Shown in pieces: positions 53,529-64,000 of a stretch of DNA of 64,000 nucleotides (the first letter of the stretch is position 1; the number at the start of each line of letters is the position of its first letter). The stretch spans positions 1,376,001 through 1,440,000 of the forward strand of contig CAWKKR010000008.1 in NCBI GenBank assembly GCA_963850305.1, read 5' to 3'. Made by a program: the position numbers and the translations under genes. Below the pieces are notes generated by a model. That model was not told where the DNA came from. It searched no databases and saw only the letters and a list, made by a program, of their open reading frames with translations. The DNA comes from an uncultured delta proteobacterium. GTDB taxonomy: Bacteria > Myxococcota_A > Polyangia > Polyangiales > Polyangiaceae.

Positions 53529-54542
53529 TCAACCCGCCGCTGTTGCCCTCAGCTTCATCCGGTGTTCGAGCGGCGACGATCCCGTCCAGCGGCGGAACGC
53601 CGTCCCGAACGCGCTCTGAGTGGAGAAGCCGAGCAGGAACGCAATCTCTCCGATCGCGACGCGGGGATTCGCGACGTACCCAAGCGCGAGCCCGCGACGA
53701 AGCTCGTCCACGATGGCCCGAAATGTCGCATTTTCTTCGCCGAGGCGGCGCCTCAATGTCGCCGTGCTCATATGAAGCTCCGCCGCCGTCTCCTCGATGC
53801 CGATGTCTTCGCGCCCGATCCTTGCCTCGAGCAGGCGGCGCACTTTTGCCTCGACCGTATCGGCGCGATCGAGCTGCCGGAGCAGCTGGTCCGAGCGCAA
53901 ATCGAACACCGAAAAGACGTGCGGATTGGCGGTAGCGACGGGCAGATCGAGGAGTGAGCGCCTGATCACGACGGCGTTGTGCGGGCGCCCGTAACGAACC
54001 GGAGCGCGGAGCAAGCGCGCGTACTCCGCGGCGTCGGTCGGCACCTCGTGCCGCAAGTGCACTTCCAGCGGGGGTTCTTGCCTGCCGAGGCGGCTCGACA
54101 CGAAGAAAAGGATCGCCGCCGCTTGAAAGTCGTTCGTCGCAGGGAGAAGCGTCGGGATGGCGTTCCGGAGTTCGATGGCGACGCGGTCCCCTTCTTCCAC
54201 GAGCACGACATCGAGGACATCGTCCTGGAGGTGCGTGTAGCGTGCCATGCACGCGAGAGCACGCCGCAGGTCCGGGCACGCGCGAGCGGCGTGATCCATC
54301 ATACCGAAATCAGCTGACTCGCAATGCTCCGCGGCGTGCAGTCCGAGCGCGACGTCGCGGGTCGTCTCGACGGCGAGCGAGATCATTTCACCGAGTAGCT
54401 GGCGTGGGATCCGCGCGTCGGGATCGGCGAGCAAGCATGGATCGATTCCCGCGTCCGACAGAACCTCGAGCTGACGCGCAAAGTCCGGGGTCGTTCTCAT
54501 GAACGGCCACACCATCCGGACGGAGACGGTCCCTTTGGTCAT
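53529..54542 (-). CDS. AraC-family transcriptional regulator
   Basis: TLRRRL...IAFLLGFS..SAF..AFRRWTG.SP. Confidence 0.93.
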   Translation of the reverse strand: MTKGTVSVRMVWPFMRTTPDFARQLEVLSDAGIDPCLLADPDARIPRQLLGEMISLAVETTRDVALGLHAAEHCESADFGMMDHAARACPDLRRALACMARYTHLQDDVLDVVLVEEGDRVAIELRNAIPTLLPATNDFQAAAILFFVSSRLGRQEPPLEVHLRHEVPTDAAEYARLLRAPVRYGRPHNAVVIRRSLLDLPVATANPHVFSVFDLRSDQLLRQLDRADTVEAKVRRLLEARIGREDIGIEETAAELHMSTATLRRRLGEENATFRAIVDELRRGLALGYVANPRVAIGEIAFLLGFSTQSAFGTAFRRWTGSSPLEHRMKLRATAAG

Positions 54543-54575
54543 TCTCCCCGCCCGAACGTACCACTGGACTCTCGG

Positions 54576-55292
54576 GTGCGTGAGACGAGACCCGGCATTG
54601 AGGATGCGCCCGTGGTTTGCAGTCGTGGCGCTTCTTTGCGCGTGCGGCGGAAGGACGGCGGCCCGCCGTCAGCGGATGGCCTAATCTTCTCGAATGACTC
54701 ACGGACTCATGGGAGACGTCTCGCGTTGAGAGAAGTCGTCTGGCATTTCGATCTGCTCGGGCTGCGTACGTTGTATGGAGGCACCGGTTCGTCGGCGCTG
54801 ACGGAAGCGATGATTCTCCTGACGCTGTCCGGCGGTGTGTGGCGCGACGCCGTGGTCGCGTCGCTGCTGCTGTTCCGACGCACTCGAAGGGTGGCCTGTG
54901 GCCTTGCCGGCGTTTTGATTGTCGCCGGACTCTCGACGGCGGTTCTCAAGCACGTCGTGGGCAGACGCCGCCCCCCGTTCGCGGTTTCGGACGTGCACGC
55001 GCTGTGGGGCGCCGCCACGACCCCTTCGTTTCCGAGCGGGCACACTGCCGCGGCGTTCGCGATGGCGACGTTTCTCGCGGCGTGGGGCGGGCAGCGCATG
55101 CCTCGAGGTTTCGCGACCGTCGTCGGCGGTCTCCTGCTGCTCTGGGCGGCCGGCGTCGCGCTGTCGCGCGTGTATCTCGGCGTTCATTTCCCGAGCGATA
55201 CGATCGCTGGAGCCGTCCTCGGCGCGATCGTCGGCGCGATCGGTGCGATCCTTCACCGGCGCGCCGACGCCGCACCCCGGTCGAATGGCTAG
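54576..55292 (+). CDS. PAP2-family phosphatase
   Basis: K...GRRRP, PSGH, SRVYLGVHFPSD; start uncertain. Confidence 0.85.
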   Translation: MRETRPGIEDAPVVCSRGASLRVRRKDGGPPSADGLIFSNDSRTHGRRLALREVVWHFDLLGLRTLYGGTGSSALTEAMILLTLSGGVWRDAVVASLLLFRRTRRVACGLAGVLIVAGLSTAVLKHVVGRRRPPFAVSDVHALWGAATTPSFPSGHTAAAFAMATFLAAWGGQRMPRGFATVVGGLLLLWAAGVALSRVYLGVHFPSDTIAGAVLGAIVGAIGAILHRRADAAPRSNG

Positions 55293-55398
55293 AGATGCGA
55301 GCGTCGAACCCAGAGGACTCGAATCGACCGGATCAGCGGGCCCGGGAACGCACCGGCACCGTCAAAGCGGCGCCTCCTGCGAGCGGGTAGCGCATGCT

Positions 55399-55545
55399 TC
55401 AATGCGCGGCTCTGGCGTAGAAGAGGCCGATCACCGTCGCGATGACGGCGAGCACGGAGAGCACGGCGAGCACGTAGAACGTCCACGGTGGGCCTCGCTT
55501 GGGGATGCTCTCGGTCTTCGGCGATCCATGAGCGGTAGTTGCCAT
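55399..55545 (-). CDS. 48-aa single-pass membrane protein
   Basis: MATTAHG...WTFYVLAVLSVLAVIATVIGLFY. Confidence 0.5.
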   Translation of the reverse strand: MATTAHGSPKTESIPKRGPPWTFYVLAVLSVLAVIATVIGLFYARAAH

Positions 55546-55556
55546 GTCCCCGGCGA

Positions 55557-55572
55557 TGCATCGGGCGTGCCT
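55557..55572 (-). promoter_or_regulatory. possible sigma54 promoter
   Basis: Minus strand AGGCACGCCCGATGCA with GG-N10-GC spacing. Confidence 0.4.
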
Positions 55573-55972
55573 GCGCCGCCATCGCACCTCAGGATGGCTG
55601 CCTGTGCCGATGGGGCAATCGCCTGACGCCTCTGCCCCTCCCGTCGGTCGGCGCAAGATTGGAAGCGCGGTGCACGAATTGCAGCCCCCAGATCTCTTCG
55701 AACGTCAACAGGAGAAGTCGAGTCGATCCCCGCAGTGGAAGGTTTCGGCGCTCGGGCAAAGGGGCCCCTCTGAGCGCTGGTGGCACAGAAACGCCGAGGA
55801 AGATACAAACCCACTGATTCACGTGAGGAGGCTGTTTTTGGCGACGTTCCGCTGCTGCTTGCATAAGGTCGCTCGACAGGACGCCATGATGATGAGCACA
55901 TGGTCGTCAAGCAGCGCACCCGGAAACGGGCGACGCTTCCCTCGATATCTTCCAGGCTGGAGTGCGTGATCC

Positions 55973-57013
55973 GTGAAGCGTGCGCTGGCCTTCATCGGGA
56001 TTCTGACCGTTGGCTTGATCATCGCGCTCGGTGTGCGCGTTGCCCAGCTTCGTTCGGGGGGTCGAGGCCCTCCTGGTGGCAGCGGGGTCATCGAGGGCGT
56101 CGATGTCGATGTGATGAGCCGCATCGCGACTCGGATCGTCAAGGTGAGCGTTCGCGAAGGGGACATGGTCAAGCTGCACCAGCCCGTGGTGGAGCTCGAT
56201 TGCACCGACCAGGAGGCTGCTCTCGCGCAGGCGCGCGCCGAGCTCGCGGCCGCGACGGCTTCGGTCGATGCCGCAACCGCCACGGCGGTCTCGGTCAAGA
56301 ACTCGGCGTGGGCCGCCACGAGCGACGTTTCCGCGGCGAGCTCGCAGCTCGCGGTCCTCGAGTCACAGGAGAAACTCGCGCAGATCGATCTGGAACGCAC
56401 GCGTCGATTGGTCGGACGCGGGGCGATGCCGCAGGCAGAGCTCGATAGCGCCACCACGCGCGACGACACACTGATCGCCCAGATAGCAGCACAGCACGCC
56501 GCCGAGAGCGCGACCCGCGATCACGCAGGCGCCGCGCGCAAGTCCGGCGCGGCGGCAACGGCGGAGACCGTGGTGGCCGAGCGCAACGTCGACGTCGCGG
56601 CCGCGTCCGTGACGCGCGCCGAGCTTTCGGTCCGTGAGTGCACCCTGCTCGCGCCGAGAGCGGGCATCGTCGCGACGCGCGTGCACGAGCCAGGCGAGCC
56701 GGTTCAACCCGGGACCATCGTCCTCACGATCACCGACCTCAGCGAGGCCCGCACGCGCTTCTATTTGCCCAACTCCGAGCTCGCTGCCGCCGCTCCGGGT
56801 CGCAAGGTGCGGGTGGTCGCCGACCCGTACCCCGGCACGTCGTTCGAAGGCACGATCTTCTACGTTTCCCCCCGCGCCGAGTTCACGCCTCGCAACGTTC
56901 AAACCCGAGAGGACCGGGAGCGACTCGTCTACGCGGTGGAGGTTCGAATTCCGAACCAGGACATGCGGTTGCGATCCGGCATGCCCGTCGAGGTCGCGAT
57001 CGAGGGACGATGA
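55973..57013 (+). CDS. HlyD-family membrane fusion protein
   Basis: N-terminal TM, VREGD, coiled coil, [16 protein letters not shown]. Confidence 0.93.
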   Translation: MKRALAFIGILTVGLIIALGVRVAQLRSGGRGPPGGSGVIEGVDVDVMSRIATRIVKVSVREGDMVKLHQPVVELDCTDQEAALAQARAELAAATASVDAATATAVSVKNSAWAATSDVSAASSQLAVLESQEKLAQIDLERTRRLVGRGAMPQAELDSATTRDDTLIAQIAAQHAAESATRDHAGAARKSGAAATAETVVAERNVDVAAASVTRAELSVRECTLLAPRAGIVATRVHEPGEPVQPGTIVLTITDLSEARTRFYLPNSELAAAAPGRKVRVVADPYPGTSFEGTIFYVSPRAEFTPRNVQTREDRERLVYAVEVRIPNQDMRLRSGMPVEVAIEGR

Positions 57014-57932
57014 GCCATCCCATCGAGGCGACCGGACTAACCAAGCGCTTCGGGAAGCGGCCCGCGCTCGCGGAGCTGTCGCTGCACGTCGAAGCCGGCG
57101 AGATCTTCGGGCTCGTCGGTCCGGACGGGGCGGGCAAGACGACGGCGCTGCGGATCGTCGCCGGCCTGCATCGACCCCGACCTTGGCACGGTGCGGCTCG
57201 TGGGAGGAGACCCGTTCGACCCCCGGACGACCGTGCGCGCGGCACTCGGTTACATGCCGCAGCAGTACAGCCTTTACGGGGATCTCGAGCGTCGTCGAGA
57301 ACCTCGCTTTCTTCTGCGAGATGTACGGGCTGACGCGCGCGGTGTTCCACGCCCGGCGGGACCGCTTGCTCGCGATCACCCGGCTGACGGAGTTCAAATC
57401 GCGGCGCGCCCGGGCACTGTCAGGTGGCATGTACAAGAAGCTGGCGCTTGCGTGCGCCCTGCTCCACGAGCCGAAGGTGCTATTGCTCGACGAGCCGACG
57501 AACGGGGTCGATCCCGTGAGCCGTCGCGAGTTCTGGGATCTGCTCCACGAGTTTCTGGCCGAGGGTGTGGCGATCGTGTTGGCGACGCCGTACATGGACG
57601 AAGCAGCTCGTTGCCACCGCGTCGCCTTGCTCCACGAGGGACGGTTACTCGAGGAAGGCACGCCCGACGCCATGCTCCGCGGGTTCTCACATCCGGTGTT
57701 CGCCATTGCCGGTGACCGCAACCGCCTCGAAGCTTTGGTCGCGCACGATGAGGACGTGCTCGCGTTCACGGTGACCGGCGACCATCTACGGATCGTCGTG
57801 CGGAGTGGCCGGGAGGATCGCGTGCTCGCGGGGCTCCGGAGCTCCGGCGGACAGGTGTCACCAGCGGTTGCCACTTTCGAGGATCTGTTCCTCGCGAGTA
57901 TGCACGAAGCCCCGCCGCGGAGCGAGACGTGA
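57010..57932 (+). CDS. ABC transporter ATP-binding protein (+1 frameshifts at about 57169 and 57287)
   Basis: [25 protein letters not shown] distributed over three frames. Confidence 0.85.
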
Positions 57933-58851
57933 CCGAGAGCGTCGCCATCTCCGTAAAGGGTCTGATGCGCCATTTCGGTGAGTTCGTCGCCGTGCGCGAC
58001 GTCTCGTTCGAGGTCGGTGCCGGCGAGATCTTCGGCTACCTCGGAGCAAACGGCGCCGGCAAATCGACGACGATCCGGATCTTGTGCGGACTGCTCGCGG
58101 CTTCCGGAGGGGCCGCCACCGTCGCCGGAGTCGACGTTGTCCGCGACCCGCGGCGCGTGCGCCGATCAATCGGTTACATGTCGCAGAAGTTCTCTCTTTA
58201 TCTGGATCTCTCCGTCAGCGAAAATCTCGCGTTCTTCGGGGGCGCTTACGGTCTCTTCGGAGCGAACTTTCGCCGGCGCCGCGACGAAGTCGCGGAAACA
58301 CTCGAACTCGGCGTCATCGCCGACCAGATCACCGGCTCCCTGCCAGGTGGCTTGCGCCAGCGGCTCGCGCTGGCCTGCGCGATTCTACATCAGCCGCGCA
58401 TCGTGTTTCTCGACGAGCCGACCGCGGGAGTCGATCCCGGGGCGCGCCGCAGATTCTGGCAGCTCATCCGCCGCCTCGCCGCGGGCGGCACGACGATCTT
58501 CGTCACCACCCATTACATGGACGAGGCCGAATATTGCGACCGCGTCGGTCTGATGGTTGCGGGTCGCCTGGCCGCGCTGGACACCCCGCCGGTACTCAAA
58601 CGCACCTACGTGCCGGGGCGCATGCTCGAGGTGCGCGGCCTGCGTGCGGAGGACGTCGCGAATCGCTGCCGGGCGTGCGAGCGTCGAGCCGTTCGGCGCC
58701 GCGCTCCACGTGCGCGTCGCGGAGGGCGGCCCCGACGCCGCCGCGCTGGCGGGCGAGCTCGTTCGACGCGGCTTCTCGGGGAGCGGCGTCGCCGACGCCG
58801 AGGTCACGCTCGAGGACGTGTTTCTCGCCGTCGTCGGGGGAGCGAGCGTGA
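57929..58851 (+). CDS. ABC transporter ATP-binding protein (frameshift at about 58665)
   Basis: GANGAGKST, GYMSQ, FLDEPT, TTHYMDEA; TLEDVF tail in another frame. Confidence 0.88.
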
Positions 58852-59951
58852 ACCTCGCGGCGCGCCGGACCCTCGCGATCTCCCACAAGGAGATTCTCCA
58901 CATCATCCGCGACGTCCGCGTGCTCTACCTCGCGCTCGGGCTGCCCGTGGTGATGCTGCTTCTCTTCGGCTACGGGATCTCCACCGACGTCGACCACATC
59001 CAGATCGCGGTCGTGGACCAGGATCACACGCGGGCGTCGCGGCGGCTCGTCGAAGGGCTGGTCGCCGGCGGGCAGTTCGTCGTCGCGCGCTCGACTCGCG
59101 AACGCCGACGACTCCGAGCCGCTCTTCCGCCGTGGCCTCGCCGCCGCCTCGCTGGTGATCCCACGCGACTACCAGCGCCACCTCCTGCGGGGCGAGCCGG
59201 CCGGCGCGCAACTCCTCGTCGACGCCGCGGATAGCTCGACCGCCACGATCGCGATCGGCAATGCGCTCGGCATCGTACAGGCCATCACCGCGCCGAACGC
59301 GAGCGCGAACTCGTCGCCGATCAACACACGGTTCAACCCCGCGATGCGATCCGCGTACGGGATCGTACCCGGCGTCATCGCCCTGATCTTGTCGATGGTT
59401 TCCTCGCTCCTCGCCGCGCTGACCGTGGCGCGCGAATGGGAACGGGGCAGCATGGAGCAGCTCTTCGCCACGCCCGTCCGGCGCGCCGAAATCATCGTCG
59501 GCAAGCTCGTTGCCGTACGCGGTTCTCGGGATGGTCCAGACCCTGCTCGTGGTCACGCTGGGTTCGTGGATGTTCGACGTGCCGATCCGAGGGTCGCTCG
59601 CCCTGCTGTTCCTGTGCTCTCTCCTGTTTCAGCTCGCGATGCTCGGCCTCGGCCTGCTCGTGAGCGTCGCGACCAAGAGTCAGCTCTTGTCGTCTGCAGT
59701 TCTCCATCATGATCGCGATGCTGCCGACGACGCTGCTCGGGGGCTTTCTGTTCCCGATCGCGAACATGCCCTGGCCCCTCCGGGCGATCTCGGCGGTCGT
59801 GCCCGGTCGCTATTACATCGTCGCCTTGCGAGGCGTGTTCCTCAAAGGCAACGGGCTGGCGGTACTGGCGCCGCAGGTGCTCGCGCTCGCCGCATTCGCG
59901 ACCCTGGTACTGGTGATCGCCGTCCGGCGATTTCGAAGGAGACTCGAATGA
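58848..59951 (+). CDS. ABC-2 type permease (frameshifts at about 59095, 59510 and 59700)
   Basis: KEILHIIRD, FGYG, VAREWERGSME, GK.PY, GFLFPIANMP segments in successive frames. Confidence 0.82.
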
Positions 59952-59960
59952 CGCTCCTCG

Positions 59961-61052
59961 ATGGATCTGCGTTCGCTACTGAACGTGGCGAAGAAGGAAA
60001 TGATCCAGACGCTGCGCGATCGGCGCATGCTATTCACGCTGATCGCCGCGCCCGCGATCCAGTTGATCGGGTTCGGCTATGCCGTGAATCTCGACGTCGA
60101 TCACATCCCGACCGTCGTATGCGATCAGGACCGCACGGAGACCAGCCGGGGCCTCGTCCAGGCATTCTTTGCCGGGGATACGTTTCGCGAGCACGCGGAC
60201 GTCCTCGATCCGTCCGAGGCTCAGACCGAGCTCGAGTCCGGCGAAGCGGCGGCGGCGATCATCGTTCCGCGCGACTACGCGACCCGCGCCGCACGCCGAG
60301 ATGCCCCGCAGGTCCAGGTCTTGGTCGATGGCGCGGATGCCATGCGTGCCCAGGTTGCTTCAGCCGACGCAACCCAGTTTCTGGCGAGCCGCGGCGCACC
60401 GCCGGCGACATCGCCGCCGATCACGCCGCGCATTCTCTACAACCAGCGGCTCAAGACCCCGATCTACATGGTCCCCGGAATCCTCGCGTCGCTGCTTCTC
60501 AACATCAGCGCGATCGTCACGGCGATGGGGCTCGCCCGCGAGCGCGAGACCGGAACGCTCGAGCAGCTCATGGTCACGCCCATTCATCCTGCGACTCTCT
60601 TGACGGGCAAGTGCCTACCGTTCGTCGTGTTCGGGTTGGTCGACGTCTGCGCGATCCTGCTCCTCGGTTCGGTGCTGTTCGACATGCCCATCCGCGGCTC
60701 GCTCTGGGTGGTGGGGCTCGGCGCGTTCCTCTACCTCTTCTCCACCCTCGGCATCGGTATCCTGATTGCGACGCTGAGCGGGTCGCAGCAGCAGGCGATG
60801 CTCGGCGCGCTCGCATTCATGCTCCCCACGATGCTCCTGTCGGGGTTCATGTCGCCCATCGCGAGCATGCCGGCGTGGCTGCAACCGCTGACGCTGCTCA
60901 TCCCGATGCGTCATTTCATCGAGATCCTGCGGGGCTGCTTGCTGAAGGGCGCTACGTTCACCGATCTCATGCCTCAACTGTTCGCCCTGGCGATCCTCGG
61001 GGCCGCAATCCTGGCCATCTCCGTCGCGCTGTTTCGGCGGCACGTCGCGTGA
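59961..61052 (+). CDS. ABC-2 type permease
   Basis: KEMIQTLRD, ARERETGTLEQL, LSGFMSPI..MP. Confidence 0.93.
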   Translation: MDLRSLLNVAKKEMIQTLRDRRMLFTLIAAPAIQLIGFGYAVNLDVDHIPTVVCDQDRTETSRGLVQAFFAGDTFREHADVLDPSEAQTELESGEAAAAIIVPRDYATRAARRDAPQVQVLVDGADAMRAQVASADATQFLASRGAPPATSPPITPRILYNQRLKTPIYMVPGILASLLLNISAIVTAMGLARERETGTLEQLMVTPIHPATLLTGKCLPFVVFGLVDVCAILLLGSVLFDMPIRGSLWVVGLGAFLYLFSTLGIGILIATLSGSQQQAMLGALAFMLPTMLLSGFMSPIASMPAWLQPLTLLIPMRHFIEILRGCLLKGATFTDLMPQLFALAILGAAILAISVALFRRHVA

Positions 61053-61109
61053 GCGAGGTTCCTGGGTTGGGTCTGCGCCGCCGCGCAAATCTTGGATATC
61101 ATTTTGACC

Positions 61110-61931
61110 ATGCAGCATCCTCCATCCGTCCGTCGCGGGCCCGTCCTCGCGTACAAGAACGAATCCTTTCTCGACAGCGAAGAGGGGCGGCCACTTCGCA
61201 TTCTCGCGGAGTACCTGGAACCACTTGCGGCGCTCCGTCGCGAGCGCATCCACGACACGGTCGTTTTTTTCGGATCGGCCAGGCTTCGCGAGGACGGTCC
61301 GCTCGGCCGCTATTACACGGAAGCGCGCGAACTCGCTCGGCTGGTGACGGAATGGTCGAAGGGTCTTCCCAGCGGCGCCCATCGCTTCGTCGTCTGCTCG
61401 GGCGGAGGCGGGGGGATCATGGAGGCAGCCAATCGGGGGGCGTCCGATGCGAGGGGCAATACTCTGGGATTGAACATCGGTCTGCCTCACGAGCAACGGC
61501 CGAATCCGTACATCACGAACGGACTGTCGTTCGAATTCCATTATTTCTTCATGCGTAAGCTCTGGTTCGTCCACCTAGCGCGAGCGCTCGTGGTGTTTCC
61601 AGGAGGGTTCGGAACACTGGATGAACTCATGGAGACGCTGACTCTCGCGCAAACACGGAAGCTCGGAGGGAAGATCGTGATTGTTCTTTACGGATCGTCC
61701 TACTGGAAGGAAATATTGAACTTCGAAGCCCTCGTCCGACACGGCATGATTGCTCGAGAAGACCTCGAGTTGTTTCAGTTCGCGGATGACCCATCGACGG
61801 CGCTGGAACTCCTTCAACGAGGACTTGACTTGGAGACGCCGGCGACCCTTCCTGCCTTCGCGAAGTCACGCATTCATCTGTCCTCGGCAGACTCAGTCAG
61901 TGCGACGGACACGGACGGAGAGCGATCTTGA
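61110..61931 (+). CDS. LOG/SLOG-family nucleotide phosphoribohydrolase
   Basis: FFGSAR, GGGGGIMEAANRGA, FFMRK, PGGFGTLDE. Confidence 0.93.
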   Translation: MQHPPSVRRGPVLAYKNESFLDSEEGRPLRILAEYLEPLAALRRERIHDTVVFFGSARLREDGPLGRYYTEARELARLVTEWSKGLPSGAHRFVVCSGGGGGIMEAANRGASDARGNTLGLNIGLPHEQRPNPYITNGLSFEFHYFFMRKLWFVHLARALVVFPGGFGTLDELMETLTLAQTRKLGGKIVIVLYGSSYWKEILNFEALVRHGMIAREDLELFQFADDPSTALELLQRGLDLETPATLPAFAKSRIHLSSADSVSATDTDGERS

Positions 61932-63334
61932 TCGAACTGGAGTTCATTGGTGCGGCCCGGACCGTGACCGGGTCGAAACATCTTCTTCGAACCTCTCGCG
62001 CCACCGTTCTGCTCGAGTGCGGTCTTTTTCAAGGCCACAGACATGAAGCTCGGGCGCTGAACGAGAAGCTTTCCGTGGACCCAGGGGCGTTGGACGCGGT
62101 CGTTCTTTCCCACGCGCACATCGATCACTCGGGAGCGCTGCCACTGCTCCACAAGCGGGGCTATCGCGGGCCGATCTACGCGACTCCGGCGACGCGCGAT
62201 CTCTGCGTTCCCATGCTCCTCGACGCCGCCATGATCCAGGAGTCGGATGCAAAGCACATCCAGAAGCTGATCGCGCGGGGTCACGTCGACATCGAGCCGG
62301 TCCTTCCTCTTTACGAACGGCAAGACGCGATAGGAGCGGTCGGGCTCATGGTCGGCGTGCCCTACGGCCGCAAGCAGGAGGTCGCGCCCGGCATTTCCGT
62401 GACATTCCTGAACGCAGGCCACGTCCTTGGCAGCGCGATCGTCGTCATCGACATCGAGGACGAGGGTGAATGCAGGCGGGTCGCGTTCACCGGGGATCTC
62501 GGACGTCGCCATCTGCCCATTCTCCGGGATCCCGAGATCCCCGAAGGCGTCGACTACCTCATGACCGAGAGCACGTACGGAGACAGACTTCACGATCCCA
62601 TCGAAAAGATGGGCGACGCGCTCGCCAGTACGATCAAGCGAACTTTCGATCGCGGGGGAAAGGTCGTCATTCCTTCTTTTGCACTCGAGCGTGCGCAGGA
62701 AATCATCTACGAGCTGCACCGCCTTCAAGAGCAGAACCGATTGCCACCAATGCCAGTGTACGTGGATTCCCCGCTGACGGTGAAGCTCACGGATATCTTC
62801 AAGCTGCATCCCGATTGCTACGACGAAGAAGCGTTCGCGCTCCTTCATGGAGGACATTCGCCCTTCGACTTCGATGGGCTTCACTACGTCTCGGACGTCG
62901 CGGAGTCGAAGGCCATCGATACCGATCCTCGACCGTGCATCGTCATTTCCGCGAGCGGCATGTGTGAAGCGGGACGCATCCTCCACCATCTTCGCGTGAC
63001 CATCGAGGATCGGAAGAACACGGTGCTCATCGTCGGCTTTCAGGCGCCGGACACGCTCGGGCGACGCCTCGTGGAAGGGCGCAGCGAGGTACGAATCTTC
63101 GGCGTCATGCTTCGACGCGAGGCGGAGATCGTCGTGCTCAACGGGTTCAGCGCGCATGCCGACCAGAACGGTCTCGTGGACTTCGCCGAAAGGGTGAGTG
63201 CAAAAGGCAATCTCCGGAAGATAATGCTCGTCCATGGTGAGCCTGAGCCGCAGGCGGTGCTTTCGAAGGTCCTCGCCGCCCGAGGCTTGCCGCCCGTCGT
63301 GGCTCCGGCGCCAGGGGATCGCATCCGGCTTTGA
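61928..63334 (+). CDS. MBL-fold beta-CASP metallo-hydrolase
   Basis: GAARTVTGS, SHAHIDHSG, AGHVLGS, TGDLG, ESTYG, SAHAD, VHGE. Confidence 0.93.
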   Translation: MIELEFIGAARTVTGSKHLLRTSRATVLLECGLFQGHRHEARALNEKLSVDPGALDAVVLSHAHIDHSGALPLLHKRGYRGPIYATPATRDLCVPMLLDAAMIQESDAKHIQKLIARGHVDIEPVLPLYERQDAIGAVGLMVGVPYGRKQEVAPGISVTFLNAGHVLGSAIVVIDIEDEGECRRVAFTGDLGRRHLPILRDPEIPEGVDYLMTESTYGDRLHDPIEKMGDALASTIKRTFDRGGKVVIPSFALERAQEIIYELHRLQEQNRLPPMPVYVDSPLTVKLTDIFKLHPDCYDEEAFALLHGGHSPFDFDGLHYVSDVAESKAIDTDPRPCIVISASGMCEAGRILHHLRVTIEDRKNTVLIVGFQAPDTLGRRLVEGRSEVRIFGVMLRREAEIVVLNGFSAHADQNGLVDFAERVSAKGNLRKIMLVHGEPEPQAVLSKVLAARGLPPVVAPAPGDRIRL

Positions 63335-63382
63335 CCCGCATCTCTCCGCGGCGGCGCGGTTAGGCGCCGCAGTACGAGGCGC

Positions 63383-63622
63383 TCAGACGCTCGGGGGCCG
63401 GGCAGCTCCGGGTCGATCGGCGCTGCCGACCGCGGAGTCGTCACCGTGAGCATTCGTCTTCTCGCCGCCGCCATCATCCGGGGCGTCGTGGTCATGAAGA
63501 ATTCGAAGGGCTGGCGTTTCGAGATCATCGAACTGTCCCGTCTTGGCAGCCCACAGAAATGCGAAGACCGCGGTGACTGCCATGAGCAACGCGAGGGGAA
63601 CGAGGATGTAAAATACGCTCAT
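63383..63622 (-). CDS. ccoS: cbb3-type cytochrome oxidase assembly protein
   Basis: YILVP...[14 protein letters not shown]. Confidence 0.9.
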   Translation of the reverse strand: MSVFYILVPLALLMAVTAVFAFLWAAKTGQFDDLETPALRILHDHDAPDDGGGEKTNAHGDDSAVGSADRPGAARPPSV

Positions 63623-64000
63623 GGCCTGGCTCCGAACGTCCGGGCTCGGTACGAGCTCGCGATGAGGCCGATGGAACTCGCCGGCATGAGGACGGCAGCC
63701 AGCAGCGGTCCGGCGAAGCCGAGAACGGCCAGAGTCCCGACGGTCACGTTATAGACGAGGGACCGAGCGAGGTTCGTCCGAACGACGCGCAGGGTGCGCC
63801 GTGCGCCCTCGAGCAGTTCGACCAGGGGCGCGAGCCCCGCTGTCGTCGCGAAGACGTCCGCGGCGGCGAGGCTCGCCTCGGCGCCCCCGTGGACGGCAAT
63901 GCCCACCGTCGCGGCGGAGAGCGCGGCCGCGTCGTTGACGCCGTCGCCGACCATGAACACGGGGCCCCGCCGGGCCCGCTCCTCGATGAAGGCGAGCTTG
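63619..64000 (-). CDS. heavy-metal P-type ATPase (CcoI-like), 3' end only
   Basis: [24 protein letters not shown]; adjacent to ccoS; runs off the window. Confidence 0.88.
   Translation of the reverse strand, partial: KLAFIEERARRGPVFMVGDGVNDAAALSAATVGIAVHGGAEASLAAADVFATTAGLAPLVELLEGARRTLRVVRTNLARSLVYNVTVGTLAVLGFAGPLLAAVLMPASSIGLIASSYRARTFGARP

Noticed and set aside
57010..59951. Programmed frameshifting or an ATPase-permease fusion
   Set aside because: No slippery motifs at most sites; the pattern fits scattered insertion errors
61110..63334. LOG + beta-CASP as a nucleotide-signalling defence pair
   Set aside because: Both look like ordinary family members in a non-island context next to ccoS and the ATPase

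Overview
High-GC bacterial chromosome segment, most consistent with a myxobacterium of the Polyangiales/Sorangiineae type (16S sequence, Glt-like gliding genes, MYXO-CTERM-type tail; inferred, not searched). Layout: (1) complete rRNA operon (16S-tRNA-Ile-tRNA-Ala-23S-5S, 0.2-6 kb). (2) Core-like genes (ggt, gshB, a hybrid sensor kinase with degenerate catalytic motifs, gltF/gltG-like pair, rplU-rpmA-mutL, miaA, S8 protease, acyl-CoA carboxyltransferase; 6-28 kb). (3) A candidate sigma54-driven structured small RNA at about 28.0-28.2 kb. (4) An 8.6-kb decayed integrative island in tRNA-Arg(ACG), bounded by a perfect 68-bp direct repeat. It carries an ImmA/IrrE-peptidase + PIN-like pair, a broken ADP-ribosyltransferase-like gene with a small partner, integrase and IS3 remnants, and an intact, translationally coupled TIGR04255 / small protein / PemK-like three-gene cassette, which is the best candidate for an uncharacterised toxin-antitoxin-chaperone or defence system. 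(5) A MazEF-like pair, a helically phased palindrome array, and a MarR-controlled aromatic meta-cleavage operon coupled to MetE-like and purU genes (37-55 kb). (6) A HlyD/ABC exporter operon, LOG, a beta-CASP hydrolase, ccoS and the end of a heavy-metal P-type ATPase. Several genes are broken by single-base insertions that look like long-read consensus errors. All family calls come from recalled motifs, not database searches.
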